Notes: generated by a model not told the origin, from the letters alone. Positions 1 through 9,426 are shown, numbered from the stretch's first letter. The stretch is DNA of 64,000 nt from an uncultured Rikenellaceae bacterium (GCA_964599235.1 CAZRDX010000009.1:24396-88395); one strand, 5' to 3'. Numbers and translations: made by a program.

Positions 1-236
1 TCGCCCTCTCCATCGTCAACGCCGTGGCTTTCTCCAGCCCCGAAGCCATCTTTCTCTTCGGCGGCCTCTCCAACGCCGGAAAATACCTCTTCGAACCCAC
101 CGAAAAATATGTGAACGAAAAACTCCAGACCATCTTCAAAGGTACCGTCCGCATCCTTCCCTCCGAGATCCCGGAGAACCATGCGGCCATCCTGGGCGCC
201 AGCGCCCTGGCATGGAAAGAGATCGAAAAAGCTTAA
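1..236 (+). CDS. ROK family sugar kinase, C-terminal fragment (5' end lies outside the window)
   Basis: The frame is open from the window edge to TAA at 234-236. The tail EAIFLFGGLSNAGKYLFEPT...ILGASALAW matches about half of the aligned positions (31 of 58 by hand) in the C-terminus of the ROK protein at 4132-5121. Confidence 0.75.
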   Translation, partial: ALSIVNAVAFSSPEAIFLFGGLSNAGKYLFEPTEKYVNEKLQTIFKGTVRILPSEIPENHAAILGASALAWKEIEKA

Positions 237-240
237 CACC

Positions 241-894
241 ATGGAAGCACTCCTGATCAACCGTATACCTTTCGAGAGCGCCACCGGCGACCCCGGACGC
301 CTGTCGGAACATATGGACACCCTCCCCCGCGAGGAGATCGGCATCGTCAACTGGCCCGAGTTCTCCTACAAACCGGAGGTGCATTTCGCCATCGCCTGGT
401 CACCGGGATATATCGTCCTCAAATATTACGTCCGGGAGTCGGTGATACGTGCCCGTTTCACCGAGGACAACGCCCCGGTGTGGAAGGACAGCTGCGTGGA
501 GTTCTTCGTGGCTCCCGGTGACGACAGCCTTTATTACAATTTCGAGATCAACTGCATCGGCACCTGTCTGGCCGAGAAAGGCCATTCCCGCTCGCCGCGG
601 GAGAAGCTGCAACCTGAGGTGATCGAACATATCAAACGCTATCCCTCACTCGGCGTGGCCCCCTTCGAAGAAAAGACGGGTGATTTTTCCTGGGACCTCC
701 TGGTGATCCTTCCCGTCACCTCGTTCGTCGAACATCACGTCGACGAGGATCTCTCGGGCAAGACCTTCCGTGCCAACTTTTACAAATGCGGCGATGAGCT
801 CTCCAAACCTCACTACCTCACCTGGAAGCCCATCGACACCCCGCAGCCCGATTACCACCGTCCCGAATTCTTCCGCGAGATCCGTTTCGTCTGA
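241..894 (+). CDS. carbohydrate-binding family 9-like (CBM9/DOMON-like) protein
   Basis: ATG at 241 lies 5 nt after the upstream stop; the 181 start in the ORF track would overlap the ROK gene. The sequence is aromatic-rich and beta-type (WKDSCVEFFVAP, YYNFEINCIG, ANFYKCGD). I recognise it from memory as the small CBM9-like family common in Bacteroidota. Confidence 0.55.
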   Translation: MEALLINRIPFESATGDPGRLSEHMDTLPREEIGIVNWPEFSYKPEVHFAIAWSPGYIVLKYYVRESVIRARFTEDNAPVWKDSCVEFFVAPGDDSLYYNFEINCIGTCLAEKGHSRSPREKLQPEVIEHIKRYPSLGVAPFEEKTGDFSWDLLVILPVTSFVEHHVDEDLSGKTFRANFYKCGDELSKPHYLTWKPIDTPQPDYHRPEFFREIRFV

Positions 895-995
895 CCTCCA
901 CGGCCCCGGTCCTGCCGTTTGGCCGTTTGCCCCTTTTTTTGTATCTTTGGTTCGATTTGTTTTGAACCTAATGTAATTTCTAAAACCGACAAAAG

Positions 996-2195
996 ATGAA
1001 ACATGGGAATGCGATCATAGGACAGTCGGGAGGGCCCACCGCCGTCATCAACGCCTCGCTGGCAGGCGTGGTGCAGGAAGCCCTCCGCACACCCGGTATC
1101 CGCAATGTCTACGGCATGAACTACGGCATCGAGGGGTTCATGAACGAGGAGATCATCGACCTGGGGAAACAGCCCAAAGAGATCATCGAAGGGCTCAAGC
1201 GCACCCCCTCCTCCGCCCTCGGCTCCACACGGCACAAGGTGCAGGAGGAGGACTTCCCGCGCATCCTGGAAGTGCTCCGGAAGTATGACATCCGCTACTT
1301 TTTCCTCATCGGCGGCAACGATTCGATGGACACGGTCAACCGCGTGGAACAGTACTGCCGCAAGGCCGGTTATGAGATGATCGGTGTGGGCATCCCCAAG
1401 ACGGTCGACAACGACCTCTTCGGCACCGACCATACCCCCGGCTTTGCCTCGGCCGCCCGCTCCAACATCCTCAACGTCATGCAGGCCGGCTTCCTGGCCC
1501 GCGACATGAAACGTGTCGACCAGTTCGTCATCTACCAGACCATCGGCCGTGATGCCGGATGGCTGGCCGCCGCCACCGCCATGGCCAAAAAGGATGAGGA
1601 CGATGCACCCCACCTGATCTACGCACCCGAGTTCGTCTTCGACAAAGAGAAGTTCCTGGCCGATTTCGAAAAGGTGTACAGGAAATACGGCTGGGTCTCC
1701 ATCGTCTGTGGCGAAGGCATCAAATATGCCGACGGCACGCCGGTGAGCGCCTCCCGTGTGAAGGACAAGTTCTCCAACGTGGAATTCGGCGCCATGGGCG
1801 GCACCAGTGTCGCCGTCAACCTGCACCGGATGATCACCGAGAAGTTCGGCTTCCGCGGTGAGTTCCAGATCACCGAATCGCTCATCATGTCGGCCGAGGA
1901 CCGCGTCGTGGAACGCGACATCGAAGAGGCTTATCTCTGCGGCGTCAAGGCTGTCGAGCTGGCCCGCGACGACGTCAGCGGCATGATGGTCGCCATGAAA
2001 CGCACCTCCAACGATCCTTACACCATCGAATACGGCCAGGTGCCCCTCAACGAGGTGGCCGTCAAAGCCAAACCCATGCCCCTCGAATACTTCAACGAGG
2101 AGGGGAACTTCGTCAGCGAGAAATTCATCGAATACATGGAACCCCTGACCGAACCCCTGCCGGAGTTCGTCAGGCTGCGTCCCATCAAACCCTGA
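996..2195 (+). CDS. pfp: phosphofructokinase, predicted pyrophosphate-dependent (diphosphate--fructose-6-phosphate 1-phosphotransferase type)
   Basis: PFK family N-terminus GQSGGPTAVINAS. It has GGNDS where ATP-PFKs have GGDGS, and PKTVDND where ATP-PFKs have PGTIDND. Asp and Lys at these two positions are the established PPi-specificity determinants. Confidence 0.8.
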   Translation: MKHGNAIIGQSGGPTAVINASLAGVVQEALRTPGIRNVYGMNYGIEGFMNEEIIDLGKQPKEIIEGLKRTPSSALGSTRHKVQEEDFPRILEVLRKYDIRYFFLIGGNDSMDTVNRVEQYCRKAGYEMIGVGIPKTVDNDLFGTDHTPGFASAARSNILNVMQAGFLARDMKRVDQFVIYQTIGRDAGWLAAATAMAKKDEDDAPHLIYAPEFVFDKEKFLADFEKVYRKYGWVSIVCGEGIKYADGTPVSASRVKDKFSNVEFGAMGGTSVAVNLHRMITEKFGFRGEFQITESLIMSAEDRVVERDIEEAYLCGVKAVELARDDVSGMMVAMKRTSNDPYTIEYGQVPLNEVAVKAKPMPLEYFNEEGNFVSEKFIEYMEPLTEPLPEFVRLRPIKP

Positions 2196-2222
2196 GAACG
2201 TCAAACTTAAAAAACAGAAAAA

Positions 2223-2990
2223 ATGGAACACAACTTCAACAAAGTGGTGCTTTCGCTCCACGCTCATCCCGACGATACCGAAGCTTTCTGTGCCGGCACG
2301 CTGAAGCTCCTCAAGGACAAAGGCTACAAGATCGTCATCGCCACGATGACCGCCGGCGGCATGGGCGGCATCAACTCCACCGAGGAGAAGACCATTGCCA
2401 TGCGCAAGGAGGAGGCCCGCAAGGCTGCGGCCGTCCTGGATGCCGAATATTACTGCCTCGACGGCCGCGACGGCTTTCTGTACGACACCACCGAGATGCG
2501 CCTGAAGACCATCTCGCTCATCCGCAAGGTGAAAGCAGGTATCGTCATCACCCACCTGCCCATGGACTATCACAGCGACCACCGTACCACCTGCAACATC
2601 GTGGAGTCGGCAGCCATGATCTCTTCGCTGCCCAACGTGCCGGTGGAAGAGGAGCCGCTGGAGATCACCCCCCTGCTCTACCACTCCGCTCCTCTCACCC
2701 TGTCCGACCCCATCGGCAACCAGATCGCCCCCCCCTCCTTCTTCGTCGACATCACCAGCGCCATCGACACCAAGATGGACATGCTCGCCCATCACCAGTC
2801 GCAGATGGACCTGATGCGCCACATGCACAAAATGGACGATTTCTTTGGAGAAATGAAGAAAAACAACGTGAATTATGGTCAGATGGTGGGGGTCGACTAC
2901 GCCGAACCTTTCTGGCAGCATCTGGGCGGAGGGTTCCAGAAAGACCCGCTCATCCAGGAAGAACTGAAAGAATTCATCAAAACCAAATAA
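2223..2990 (+). CDS. PIG-L/LmbE family deacetylase
   Basis: Hallmark N-terminal motif LSLHAHPDDTEAFCAGTL, plus a later HxDH-type metal site (DYHSDHRTT). Length of 255 aa is typical for the family. Confidence 0.8.
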   Translation: MEHNFNKVVLSLHAHPDDTEAFCAGTLKLLKDKGYKIVIATMTAGGMGGINSTEEKTIAMRKEEARKAAAVLDAEYYCLDGRDGFLYDTTEMRLKTISLIRKVKAGIVITHLPMDYHSDHRTTCNIVESAAMISSLPNVPVEEEPLEITPLLYHSAPLTLSDPIGNQIAPPSFFVDITSAIDTKMDMLAHHQSQMDLMRHMHKMDDFFGEMKKNNVNYGQMVGVDYAEPFWQHLGGGFQKDPLIQEELKEFIKTK

Positions 2991-3000
2991 CAGTACGGCC

Positions 3001-4017
3001 ATGAACCTCAACGAGAAAAAATATTCGCAATATGCGCTGGTGCGGGAGATGATGGAGACGGCCGATGTGATCCGCCGTTTCGATCCCGCCGCTGCCGAGC
3101 GTTTCGTGCAGCCTGTGCGCAGCAAGAAAGGTCTTTTCCTGACGGGTGAAGGGAGCAGTCGCATCTTCCCCGCCAAGCGGACCATTTATGCTTCGATGAA
3201 GGAGGGCAGTCCGTTCGCCCTCTTCACCGAGGGAGCCACCCAGGCGCTGGAGTACCGGCTGGATGACCTGGCCGTCTTCGGCGCTTCCAACTCGGGCAAG
3301 ACCAAGGAGGTGGTGCGTCTCTTCAAGCATCTGCGTCAGCAGGGCCATACCGCCTGCTTCGGCCTCACCGCCCACAGCGGCACCCCTCTGCAGGAGCTGG
3401 CCCACGACACCCACGTGCTGGGCTGCGGCAACGAGGACGCCGTGGCCGCCACCAAATCGGTCATCGAACAAGGCCTCTTCTATGACAGCCTCTTCCGCCA
3501 CCTTACCGGCAAGAAGATGCAGGGCCTCGACGAACTGGCCGACAAGGTCGAACAGGCCATGTCCCTCAGCGTCGACAGCTCGCTCGTCGAGAAGATGAAG
3601 AACGCCGGGATGATCTACTTCGCCGGACGCAACACCGGCGTCGCCGAAGAGCTCACCCTCAAGACCAACGAGATCACCCGCAAGAAATCCGACTACCTCG
3701 AAGGCACCTACGCCGCCCACGGCATCGAGGAGGTGATGAACCCCGACGAGGTGGTCATCGTCGTCGACCCCTTCGAGAGCGAAGAGGAAAAGTTCCAGGA
3801 GGTGCTCGTTCAGGGCGTGGGCATGACCGTCGTGGCCATCTCGCACCGCCAGACCAGCTTCCCCACCATCCTCATCCCCGACGGGGGCGAGTACAACAAC
3901 TACGTGGAGCTGGCCGCAGGATGGAACGTCCTCGTCGAGATCGGCATCGCCCTCGGCATCAACCTCGACAAACCCGAAAGGGCCCGCAAGGTGGGTAACG
4001 AATACACAGGCGACTGA
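3001..4017 (+). CDS. double SIS-domain sugar-phosphate isomerase/deaminase-like protein (GlmS isomerase-domain / AgaS-like)
   Basis: Two SIS-like halves are visible: LFLTGEGSSRIFPA...VFGASNSGKTKEV and IYFAGRNTGVAEELTLKTNE. It is 338 aa and starts 10 nt after the deacetylase gene. Confidence 0.7.
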   Translation: MNLNEKKYSQYALVREMMETADVIRRFDPAAAERFVQPVRSKKGLFLTGEGSSRIFPAKRTIYASMKEGSPFALFTEGATQALEYRLDDLAVFGASNSGKTKEVVRLFKHLRQQGHTACFGLTAHSGTPLQELAHDTHVLGCGNEDAVAATKSVIEQGLFYDSLFRHLTGKKMQGLDELADKVEQAMSLSVDSSLVEKMKNAGMIYFAGRNTGVAEELTLKTNEITRKKSDYLEGTYAAHGIEEVMNPDEVVIVVDPFESEEEKFQEVLVQGVGMTVVAISHRQTSFPTILIPDGGEYNNYVELAAGWNVLVEIGIALGINLDKPERARKVGNEYTGD

Positions 4018-4048
4018 ACCGTCTACCACCACACAGCACAAAAGAAGG

Positions 4049-4076
4049 CCCCGCAAATTTGCGGGGTCTTTTTTTG
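4049..4076 (+). terminator. intrinsic terminator after the SIS gene
   Basis: Perfect palindrome CCCCGCAAA/TTTGCGGGG (4049-4066) is followed by TCTTTTTTT. Confidence 0.8.
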
Positions 4077-4131
4077 GTTCTTTTTTACCCGAACTTTTCT
4101 TACATTTGCTTCCGTCACCAACACCTGTTCC

Positions 4132-5121
4132 ATGAAAAAACACGTTGCCATCGGCATCGACATCGGAGGCACCAACACGGTGTTCGGCATCGTCGACAAG
4201 AAAGGTCATTTTCTGGCCGAGGGGAAGATGAAGACCCGCGACTACGGCGAGATCGAGGTTTTCCTGGCCGCCCTCAACGAGAAAGTACGTCTGGCTCTGC
4301 GTCGTCTCAACGAGAAGGTGATCGTCGAGGGCATCGGCATCGGCGCCCCCATGGGCAACATCAACAAAGGCACCATCGAGTATGCTGCCGACCTGCCCTG
4401 GAAGGGCATCATCCCCCTTGCCGACCTTTTCCGCGAGTACACCTCGCTGCCCATCGTGGTCACCAACGATGCCAATGCGGCCGCCATCGGCGAGATGATC
4501 TACGGCGGCGCCAAGGGGATGAAGAACTTCGTGGTGATCACCCTCGGCACGGGTCTGGGCAGCGGCATCGTCGTCAACGGCGAACTCCTCTACGGTGCCG
4601 ACGGCTTCGCCGGCGAGATAGGCCACACCTCCATACGTCCCGGCGAGAGCAACCGTCAGTGTGCCTGCGGCAGGAAAGGCTGCCTCGAGACCTACGTCTC
4701 GGCCACCGGCATCAAGAGGACCGTCTTCAAGCTCCTGGGCGACATGATCGAGGAGAGCGTCCTGCGCGACTACAGTTTCAACGAGCTCACCGCCGCCGAC
4801 ATCAGCGAGGCCGCCAAGCAGGGCGACCCCATCGCCCTGGCCGCCTTCGAACATACGGGTAAAATGCTGGGATACAAGCTGGCCGACGTAGTGGCCCATA
4901 CCAACCCCGAGGCCATCTTCCTCTTCGGCGGCCTCACCCTCTCGGGCGAACTTATCTTCGAGCCCACCCGCCGCCATATGGAACAGAACCTCCTCTCCAT
5001 CTACAAGGGCAAGGTCAAGCTCCTACCCTCCAAGCTCAACACCCAGAATGCCGCCGTCCTCGGCGCCAGCGCCCTGGTGTGGAACCTGCAGAACCACCAG
5101 GAGACACAAAAGGTCTCCTGA
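4132..5121 (+). CDS. ROK family sugar kinase (glucokinase / N-acetylglucosamine kinase type)
   Basis: N-terminal ATP-binding motif IGIDIGGTNTVFGIV. ROK zinc motif HTSIRPGESNRQCACGRKGCLETY. Paralogous to the fragment at 1-236. Confidence 0.85.
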   Translation: MKKHVAIGIDIGGTNTVFGIVDKKGHFLAEGKMKTRDYGEIEVFLAALNEKVRLALRRLNEKVIVEGIGIGAPMGNINKGTIEYAADLPWKGIIPLADLFREYTSLPIVVTNDANAAAIGEMIYGGAKGMKNFVVITLGTGLGSGIVVNGELLYGADGFAGEIGHTSIRPGESNRQCACGRKGCLETYVSATGIKRTVFKLLGDMIEESVLRDYSFNELTAADISEAAKQGDPIALAAFEHTGKMLGYKLADVVAHTNPEAIFLFGGLTLSGELIFEPTRRHMEQNLLSIYKGKVKLLPSKLNTQNAAVLGASALVWNLQNHQETQKVS

Positions 5122-5184
5122 ACACCCCACACATCCCCACCCGCCGGCGCCATTTTTTCGTATCTTGCAAAAAATGTCCGAACC

Positions 5185-5583
5185 ATGGCCGGAGGTGCAC
5201 ACATTTTTCTGCGCATCCTGATGATCACCGCGGAAGCCATCATCTTCACGCTCGCAGGCGTGCTGCTGCGTCCCTATCTGCCCCCCACACGCCACAAGAT
5301 CTCCTACCTGCTGCTCAAACTGAGCTACCTCATCTACCTCCTCACCCTCATGGCTTTCCTCTTCTTCCTTGCTTTTTATCCGTATTCACTGGAAGAATAC
5401 TTCTCCAACCTCCTTTTCTTCTCGCTCCTTTTCTCGATGATCTTCCCCTCCGGGGTCATGCTCGCCCGCAAGAAGGTCAGGAAGAGGAGGACACTTTACA
5501 ACTATTTTTTCACGATCATCCATCTGCTCATCGCCGCTTCCTACATCCTGATCTATACCGACATCCGTGCGGTTTACGGATAG
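5185..5583 (+). CDS. small hydrophobic membrane protein, function unknown
   Basis: The 132-aa ORF has about four hydrophobic stretches and a basic loop (ARKKVRKRR). It fills the gap between two same-strand genes. No recognisable family; the start codon is uncertain. Confidence 0.4.
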   Translation: MAGGAHIFLRILMITAEAIIFTLAGVLLRPYLPPTRHKISYLLLKLSYLIYLLTLMAFLFFLAFYPYSLEEYFSNLLFFSLLFSMIFPSGVMLARKKVRKRRTLYNYFFTIIHLLIAASYILIYTDIRAVYG

Positions 5584-5604
5584 GAAGCTCCAAAACGCAA
5601 TATC

Positions 5605-7254
5605 ATGCTGAAAGAGACACTTACAGGTTACATCCGCCAGGGTATTGAGAAGGGCTGGGACATCAAGGCCCTTTCCAACTACCAGGGTGATGATTTCACC
5701 TACCGTGAGATCGCCACCCTCATCGCCCGTCTGCATCTTTTGTTCCGTGAGGCGGGGATCAGGGAGGGCGACAAGATCGCCCTGCTGGGCAAGAACTCCG
5801 TCCACTGGGCGGTGATCTACCTGGCCGCCGTCACCTACGGGGCGGTCATCGTGCCTTTGCTGCCCGATTTCCGGCCCGTCGATGTGCAGAAGCTGCTCGA
5901 CCATTCCGACTCCCTTCTGCTCTTTGCCGAGAAGAGCCTTTTCGCGCCGCTCGAGCAGGACACTTTCCCCCGTATCCGTGCGGGCATCGCCGTTGAGGAT
6001 TTTTCTCTGCTCTTCTCCCGCGACGAACAGATGACCTCGCTCGTGGAGGGATGGGATGAGCGTTTCCGTGCCCGTTATCCCGAAGGTTACCGGCGTGAGG
6101 ACCTCGATCTTCCCGAGATCCCCAACGACCGGCTGGCGGTCATCAGCTATACTTCGGGCACCACGGGCAACTCGAAGGGGGTGATGCTTTCGCACAACTC
6201 GCTGGCTGCCAACGTGCGTTTCGCCCACCGCCACATGCCGCTGGAAGCGGGCGACCGCATCGTCTCTTTCCTCCCCCTGGCCCACGCTTACGGCTGTGCC
6301 TTCGAGTTCCTCTTCCCCTTCACCCTGGGATGCCACATCACCTTCCTCACCCGCACCCCTTCGCCACAGATCATCACCAAGGCGTTCGCCGAGATACGTC
6401 CCCGCCTCATCCTCTCGGTGCCGCTGGTCATCGAGAAGATCTACAAGAAGAAGATCATGCCGGCCCTTGACAAGCCGGTGCTGAAGGTGCTGCTGCGTGT
6501 GCCGGGGCTGCGTGCCCTGCTGCACCGCTCCATCCGGAAAAAGATCCTCGACGTCTTCGGCGGCAATTTCCACGAGATCGTCATCGGCGGGGCGGCCTTC
6601 AACCCCGAGGCCGAGACCTTCTTCCACCGCATCGGCGTCCCTTTCACCGTGGGTTACGGCATGACCGAATGCGGGCCGCTCATCAGCTATGCCCCCTGGA
6701 ACGACCGCAAGCTCTTCTCCTGCGGCCGCCCCGTCGACACCCTCGAGGTGCGCATCGACTCGTCCAACCCCCGCAACGAGCCGGGCGAGATCCTGGTGCG
6801 GGGCGAGAACGTCATGGAAGGCTACTACAAGAACGAGGAAGCCACACGCCAGGTCCTTGACGACGACGGCTGGCTCCACACCGGCGACCTGGGCACCATG
6901 GACGAGGAACAGAACCTCTTCATCCGCGGCCGCTCCAAGAACATGATCCTCGGCCCCTCGGGGCAGAACATCTACCCCGAAGAGATCGAGGCCGTGCTCA
7001 ACAACCAGCCACTGGTGGCCGACTCGCTCGCCGTGAGCCGCGAAGGGCGTATCGTCGCCCTCGTCTATCCCGACCAGGAGGAGATGAAACGCCTTAACCT
7101 CACCGACGAGGAGCTGCCCGCCGTGATGGACCGGCTGCGCCGCGAGGTGAACCGCGAGCTGGCCTCCTACATGCAGATCTACCGTATCGAGATCATGAAG
7201 GAAGATTTCCAGCGCACCCCGAAGAAGAACATCAAGCGTTTCAAATACCAGTGA
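5605..7254 (+). CDS. AMP-binding acyl-CoA synthetase (long-chain fatty acid--CoA ligase type)
   Basis: AMP-binding signature ISYTSGTTGNSKGVMLSH, core GYGMTECGP, and HTGDLG. Confidence 0.85.
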   Translation: MLKETLTGYIRQGIEKGWDIKALSNYQGDDFTYREIATLIARLHLLFREAGIREGDKIALLGKNSVHWAVIYLAAVTYGAVIVPLLPDFRPVDVQKLLDHSDSLLLFAEKSLFAPLEQDTFPRIRAGIAVEDFSLLFSRDEQMTSLVEGWDERFRARYPEGYRREDLDLPEIPNDRLAVISYTSGTTGNSKGVMLSHNSLAANVRFAHRHMPLEAGDRIVSFLPLAHAYGCAFEFLFPFTLGCHITFLTRTPSPQIITKAFAEIRPRLILSVPLVIEKIYKKKIMPALDKPVLKVLLRVPGLRALLHRSIRKKILDVFGGNFHEIVIGGAAFNPEAETFFHRIGVPFTVGYGMTECGPLISYAPWNDRKLFSCGRPVDTLEVRIDSSNPRNEPGEILVRGENVMEGYYKNEEATRQVLDDDGWLHTGDLGTMDEEQNLFIRGRSKNMILGPSGQNIYPEEIEAVLNNQPLVADSLAVSREGRIVALVYPDQEEMKRLNLTDEELPAVMDRLRREVNRELASYMQIYRIEIMKEDFQRTPKKNIKRFKYQ

Positions 7255-7958
7255 GCGGCGACATCAGGGACACGGTGATCATCGTGGCGGGCGGCACCGG
7301 CCGGCGCATGGGCGGCGGGCTGCCCAAACAGTTCCTCCTCCTCGACGGGGTGCCGGTGCTGTGGCGCACACTGCAGGCTTTCCACCGCTATGATCCTTCG
7401 CTGGAGCTCATCGTGGTGATCCACCCCGCCTGGCAGGAGCACTGGCAGCGTCTGGCGGCCACGCTGTCGCCGTCCCTTGCCTACCGTCTCACCACGGGCG
7501 GCGAGACCCGTTTCCATTCGGTGCAGCAGGGGTTGGCCCTGGCCCGCGACGAGGGGCTCATCGCCGTGCACGACGCCAGCCGCCCCCTGGTGAGCCCCGC
7601 CCTGCTGGATCGTCTCTTCGGGGCAGCCCGCCGCCACGGCAACGCCGTCCCCGCCGTCGCCGTCACCGACAGCCTGCGCGAAATCACCGGCGACACCAGC
7701 CGCCCCGCCGACAGAGAGCGCTTCCGCGCCATACAAACCCCCCAGATCTTCCCCGCAAAGACCCTCAAAGAAGCCTTCCGCCAGGATTACCGCCCCGCCT
7801 TCACCGACGAGGCCACCGTCGTGGAAACCCTCGGCACCACCATCCACCTCGTGGAAGGAGAACGCGAGAACATCAAGATCACCACCCCCTTCGACTTGAA
7901 GGTGGCCACACTGCTGCTGAAAGAAAGAGAACAAAAGAACTTAGCTCAAACATCATGA
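7251..7958 (+). CDS. ispD: 2-C-methyl-D-erythritol 4-phosphate cytidylyltransferase
   Basis: VIIVAGGTGRRMGGGLPKQFLLLDGVPVL N-terminus and a C-terminal ENIKITTPFDL motif. The GTG start overlaps the upstream TGA (GTGA). Confidence 0.85.
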   Translation: MSGDIRDTVIIVAGGTGRRMGGGLPKQFLLLDGVPVLWRTLQAFHRYDPSLELIVVIHPAWQEHWQRLAATLSPSLAYRLTTGGETRFHSVQQGLALARDEGLIAVHDASRPLVSPALLDRLFGAARRHGNAVPAVAVTDSLREITGDTSRPADRERFRAIQTPQIFPAKTLKEAFRQDYRPAFTDEATVVETLGTTIHLVEGERENIKITTPFDLKVATLLLKEREQKNLAQTS

Positions 7959-9088
7959 AAAAGATCCTCCGTTCCCTGCTGACCCTTCTCGTCCTGTTAT
8001 CCTCCCCGCTGGCCGGGGTGCAGGGTCAGACCTGGCTGATGTATGTCGGCACCTACACCACCTGGAAGGACGGCGGCAAGGGCATTTACATCTACCGTTT
8101 CGATCCGGCCACGGCCACCATCACCTATCAGGGGGTCAGAAAAGGCATCACCAACCCCTCTTTTCTGATCGTGGGTCCGGAGGACCGGTATCTTTATACC
8201 GTCAACGAGGAGGGCCATGGGCACGGTGCAGTATCTTCCTTTGCCATCGACCGGGCCACGGGGGAGCTGACCCTTCTCTCCGGTCGTCTCACCGGGGGCG
8301 AAAACCCCTGTCATCTGACCCTCGACAAGGCGGGCAAGGTTCTTCTCACGGCCAACTATACCGGCGGTAGTATCTCGCTTTTCCCCGTCCGGCACGGCGA
8401 GATCGGCGAGCGGGCGGCCCTGGTCGCCCATGAGGGTCATGGTCCTGATGTCTCCCGCCAGCGCGGTCCCCACCCGCATCAGGTGGTGTTCGATCCTTTG
8501 CGTGATCTGCTCTATGTCCCTGATCTGGGTGTCGACAAGGTGTTCATCTACGGGTGGCGGGGAGCGCAGCAGCCTGTGCCTGCCGACCCGCCTTTCCTGG
8601 CCGCTCCTGCGGGGGGCGGACCCCGTCATCTGGCTTTCTCTCCCGACGGCCTGCACATGTATCTCCTGCTGGAGATGGGCTCGGCGCTGGTCCATTTCGT
8701 CCGCAGCGATGCCGGCAGTCCCTGGCAACAGCGCGAGACCGTCTCGCTCCTGCCTCCCGGCGCCGACCCTGCCGGCAACACGGGCGCCGAGGTGGTCGTC
8801 ACCCCCGACGGCCGTTTTCTCTATGCTTCCAACCGCGGCCACAACAGCATCGCGCTCTTCACCCTCGGCCGCGACGGCCGTCCCGTCATGAAAGAGACCT
8901 ACCCCTGCGGCGGCAAGACACCCCGCTTCTTCACCCTCGGCCCCACCGGCCGCTACCTGCTGGTGCTCAACCAGGACAGCAACAACATGGCCCTCTTTCT
9001 CCGCAAAAAAGACGGAAGCCTCGTACATACCGGCACCGACATCTTCATCCCCCGCCCGGTATGCGCCGTCTTCGTCCCTGCCCTTTAA
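7955..9088 (+). CDS. secreted lactonase family beta-propeller protein (6-phosphogluconolactonase-like)
   Basis: Signal peptide MKKILRSLLTLLVLLSSPLAG. Repeated propeller-blade motifs (PSFLIV, PCHLTLD, PHQVVFDP, PRHLAFSPDG, ALF). ATGA overlap with the ispD stop codon. Confidence 0.75.
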   Translation: MKKILRSLLTLLVLLSSPLAGVQGQTWLMYVGTYTTWKDGGKGIYIYRFDPATATITYQGVRKGITNPSFLIVGPEDRYLYTVNEEGHGHGAVSSFAIDRATGELTLLSGRLTGGENPCHLTLDKAGKVLLTANYTGGSISLFPVRHGEIGERAALVAHEGHGPDVSRQRGPHPHQVVFDPLRDLLYVPDLGVDKVFIYGWRGAQQPVPADPPFLAAPAGGGPRHLAFSPDGLHMYLLLEMGSALVHFVRSDAGSPWQQRETVSLLPPGADPAGNTGAEVVVTPDGRFLYASNRGHNSIALFTLGRDGRPVMKETYPCGGKTPRFFTLGPTGRYLLVLNQDSNNMALFLRKKDGSLVHTGTDIFIPRPVCAVFVPAL

Positions 9089-9184
9089 CCTTTTTTAACA
9101 CGCCCACCCGGCATCCTTCCCCTTTTGGCACGCTATTTGAGCATGATGAGGTACAGGCAATCTTCCACATATACCCCTGAGGGC

Positions 9185-9220
9185 AGCCAGGCGTCATCCA
9201 ACACCTGGCTTTATTTTTTT
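9185..9220 (+). terminator. intrinsic terminator downstream of the lactonase gene
   Basis: Stem AGCCAGG (9185-9191) pairs with CCTGGCT (9204-9210) around a 12-nt loop, followed by TTATTTTTTT. Confidence 0.6.
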
Positions 9221-9410
9221 CAGCCTTACCATCCTGTTCGCTAAGCTTCCGCACCGTGGCGGACAAAGTGTTCCCGGCGCCGGCATCCCTTTGTTTTTCT
9301 CCCCTCCCACATCCTCCCCGGGGCTACGCACGTCTTCTTTTCAGCCTCCGTCCGTCACGTTCCGTCAGGCCTGTCATTTCAGCAGGTATTCCGGAGAAAG
9401 GAGTTCCCCG

Positions 9411-9426
9411 TATTTTTGTAATTTTG
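9411..9426 (+). promoter_or_regulatory. two adjacent Bacteroidota-type -7 boxes (TAnnTTTG) upstream of cysS
   Basis: TATTTTTG (9411-9418) and TAATTTTG (9419-9426) lie 32-47 nt upstream of the cysS ATG. I found no matching -33 TTTG at the expected spacing. Confidence 0.45.

Noticed and set aside
4059-4862. A 267-aa plus-strand ORF in an alternative frame of the ROK gene, extremely rich in Arg, His and Gly.
   Set aside because: It is an off-frame translation of a GC-rich gene. The in-frame ROK protein has full kinase and zinc motifs.
852-4977. Very long antisense ORFs (852-3185, 777 aa; 2977-4977, 666 aa) opposite the PFK, PIG-L, SIS and ROK genes.
   Set aside because: Their translations are low-complexity and rich in Gly, Ala, Val, Asp and His, with no motifs. 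They mirror the reading frames of well-supported sense genes. This is the typical stop-codon-poor shadow ORF of a GC3-rich coding region.
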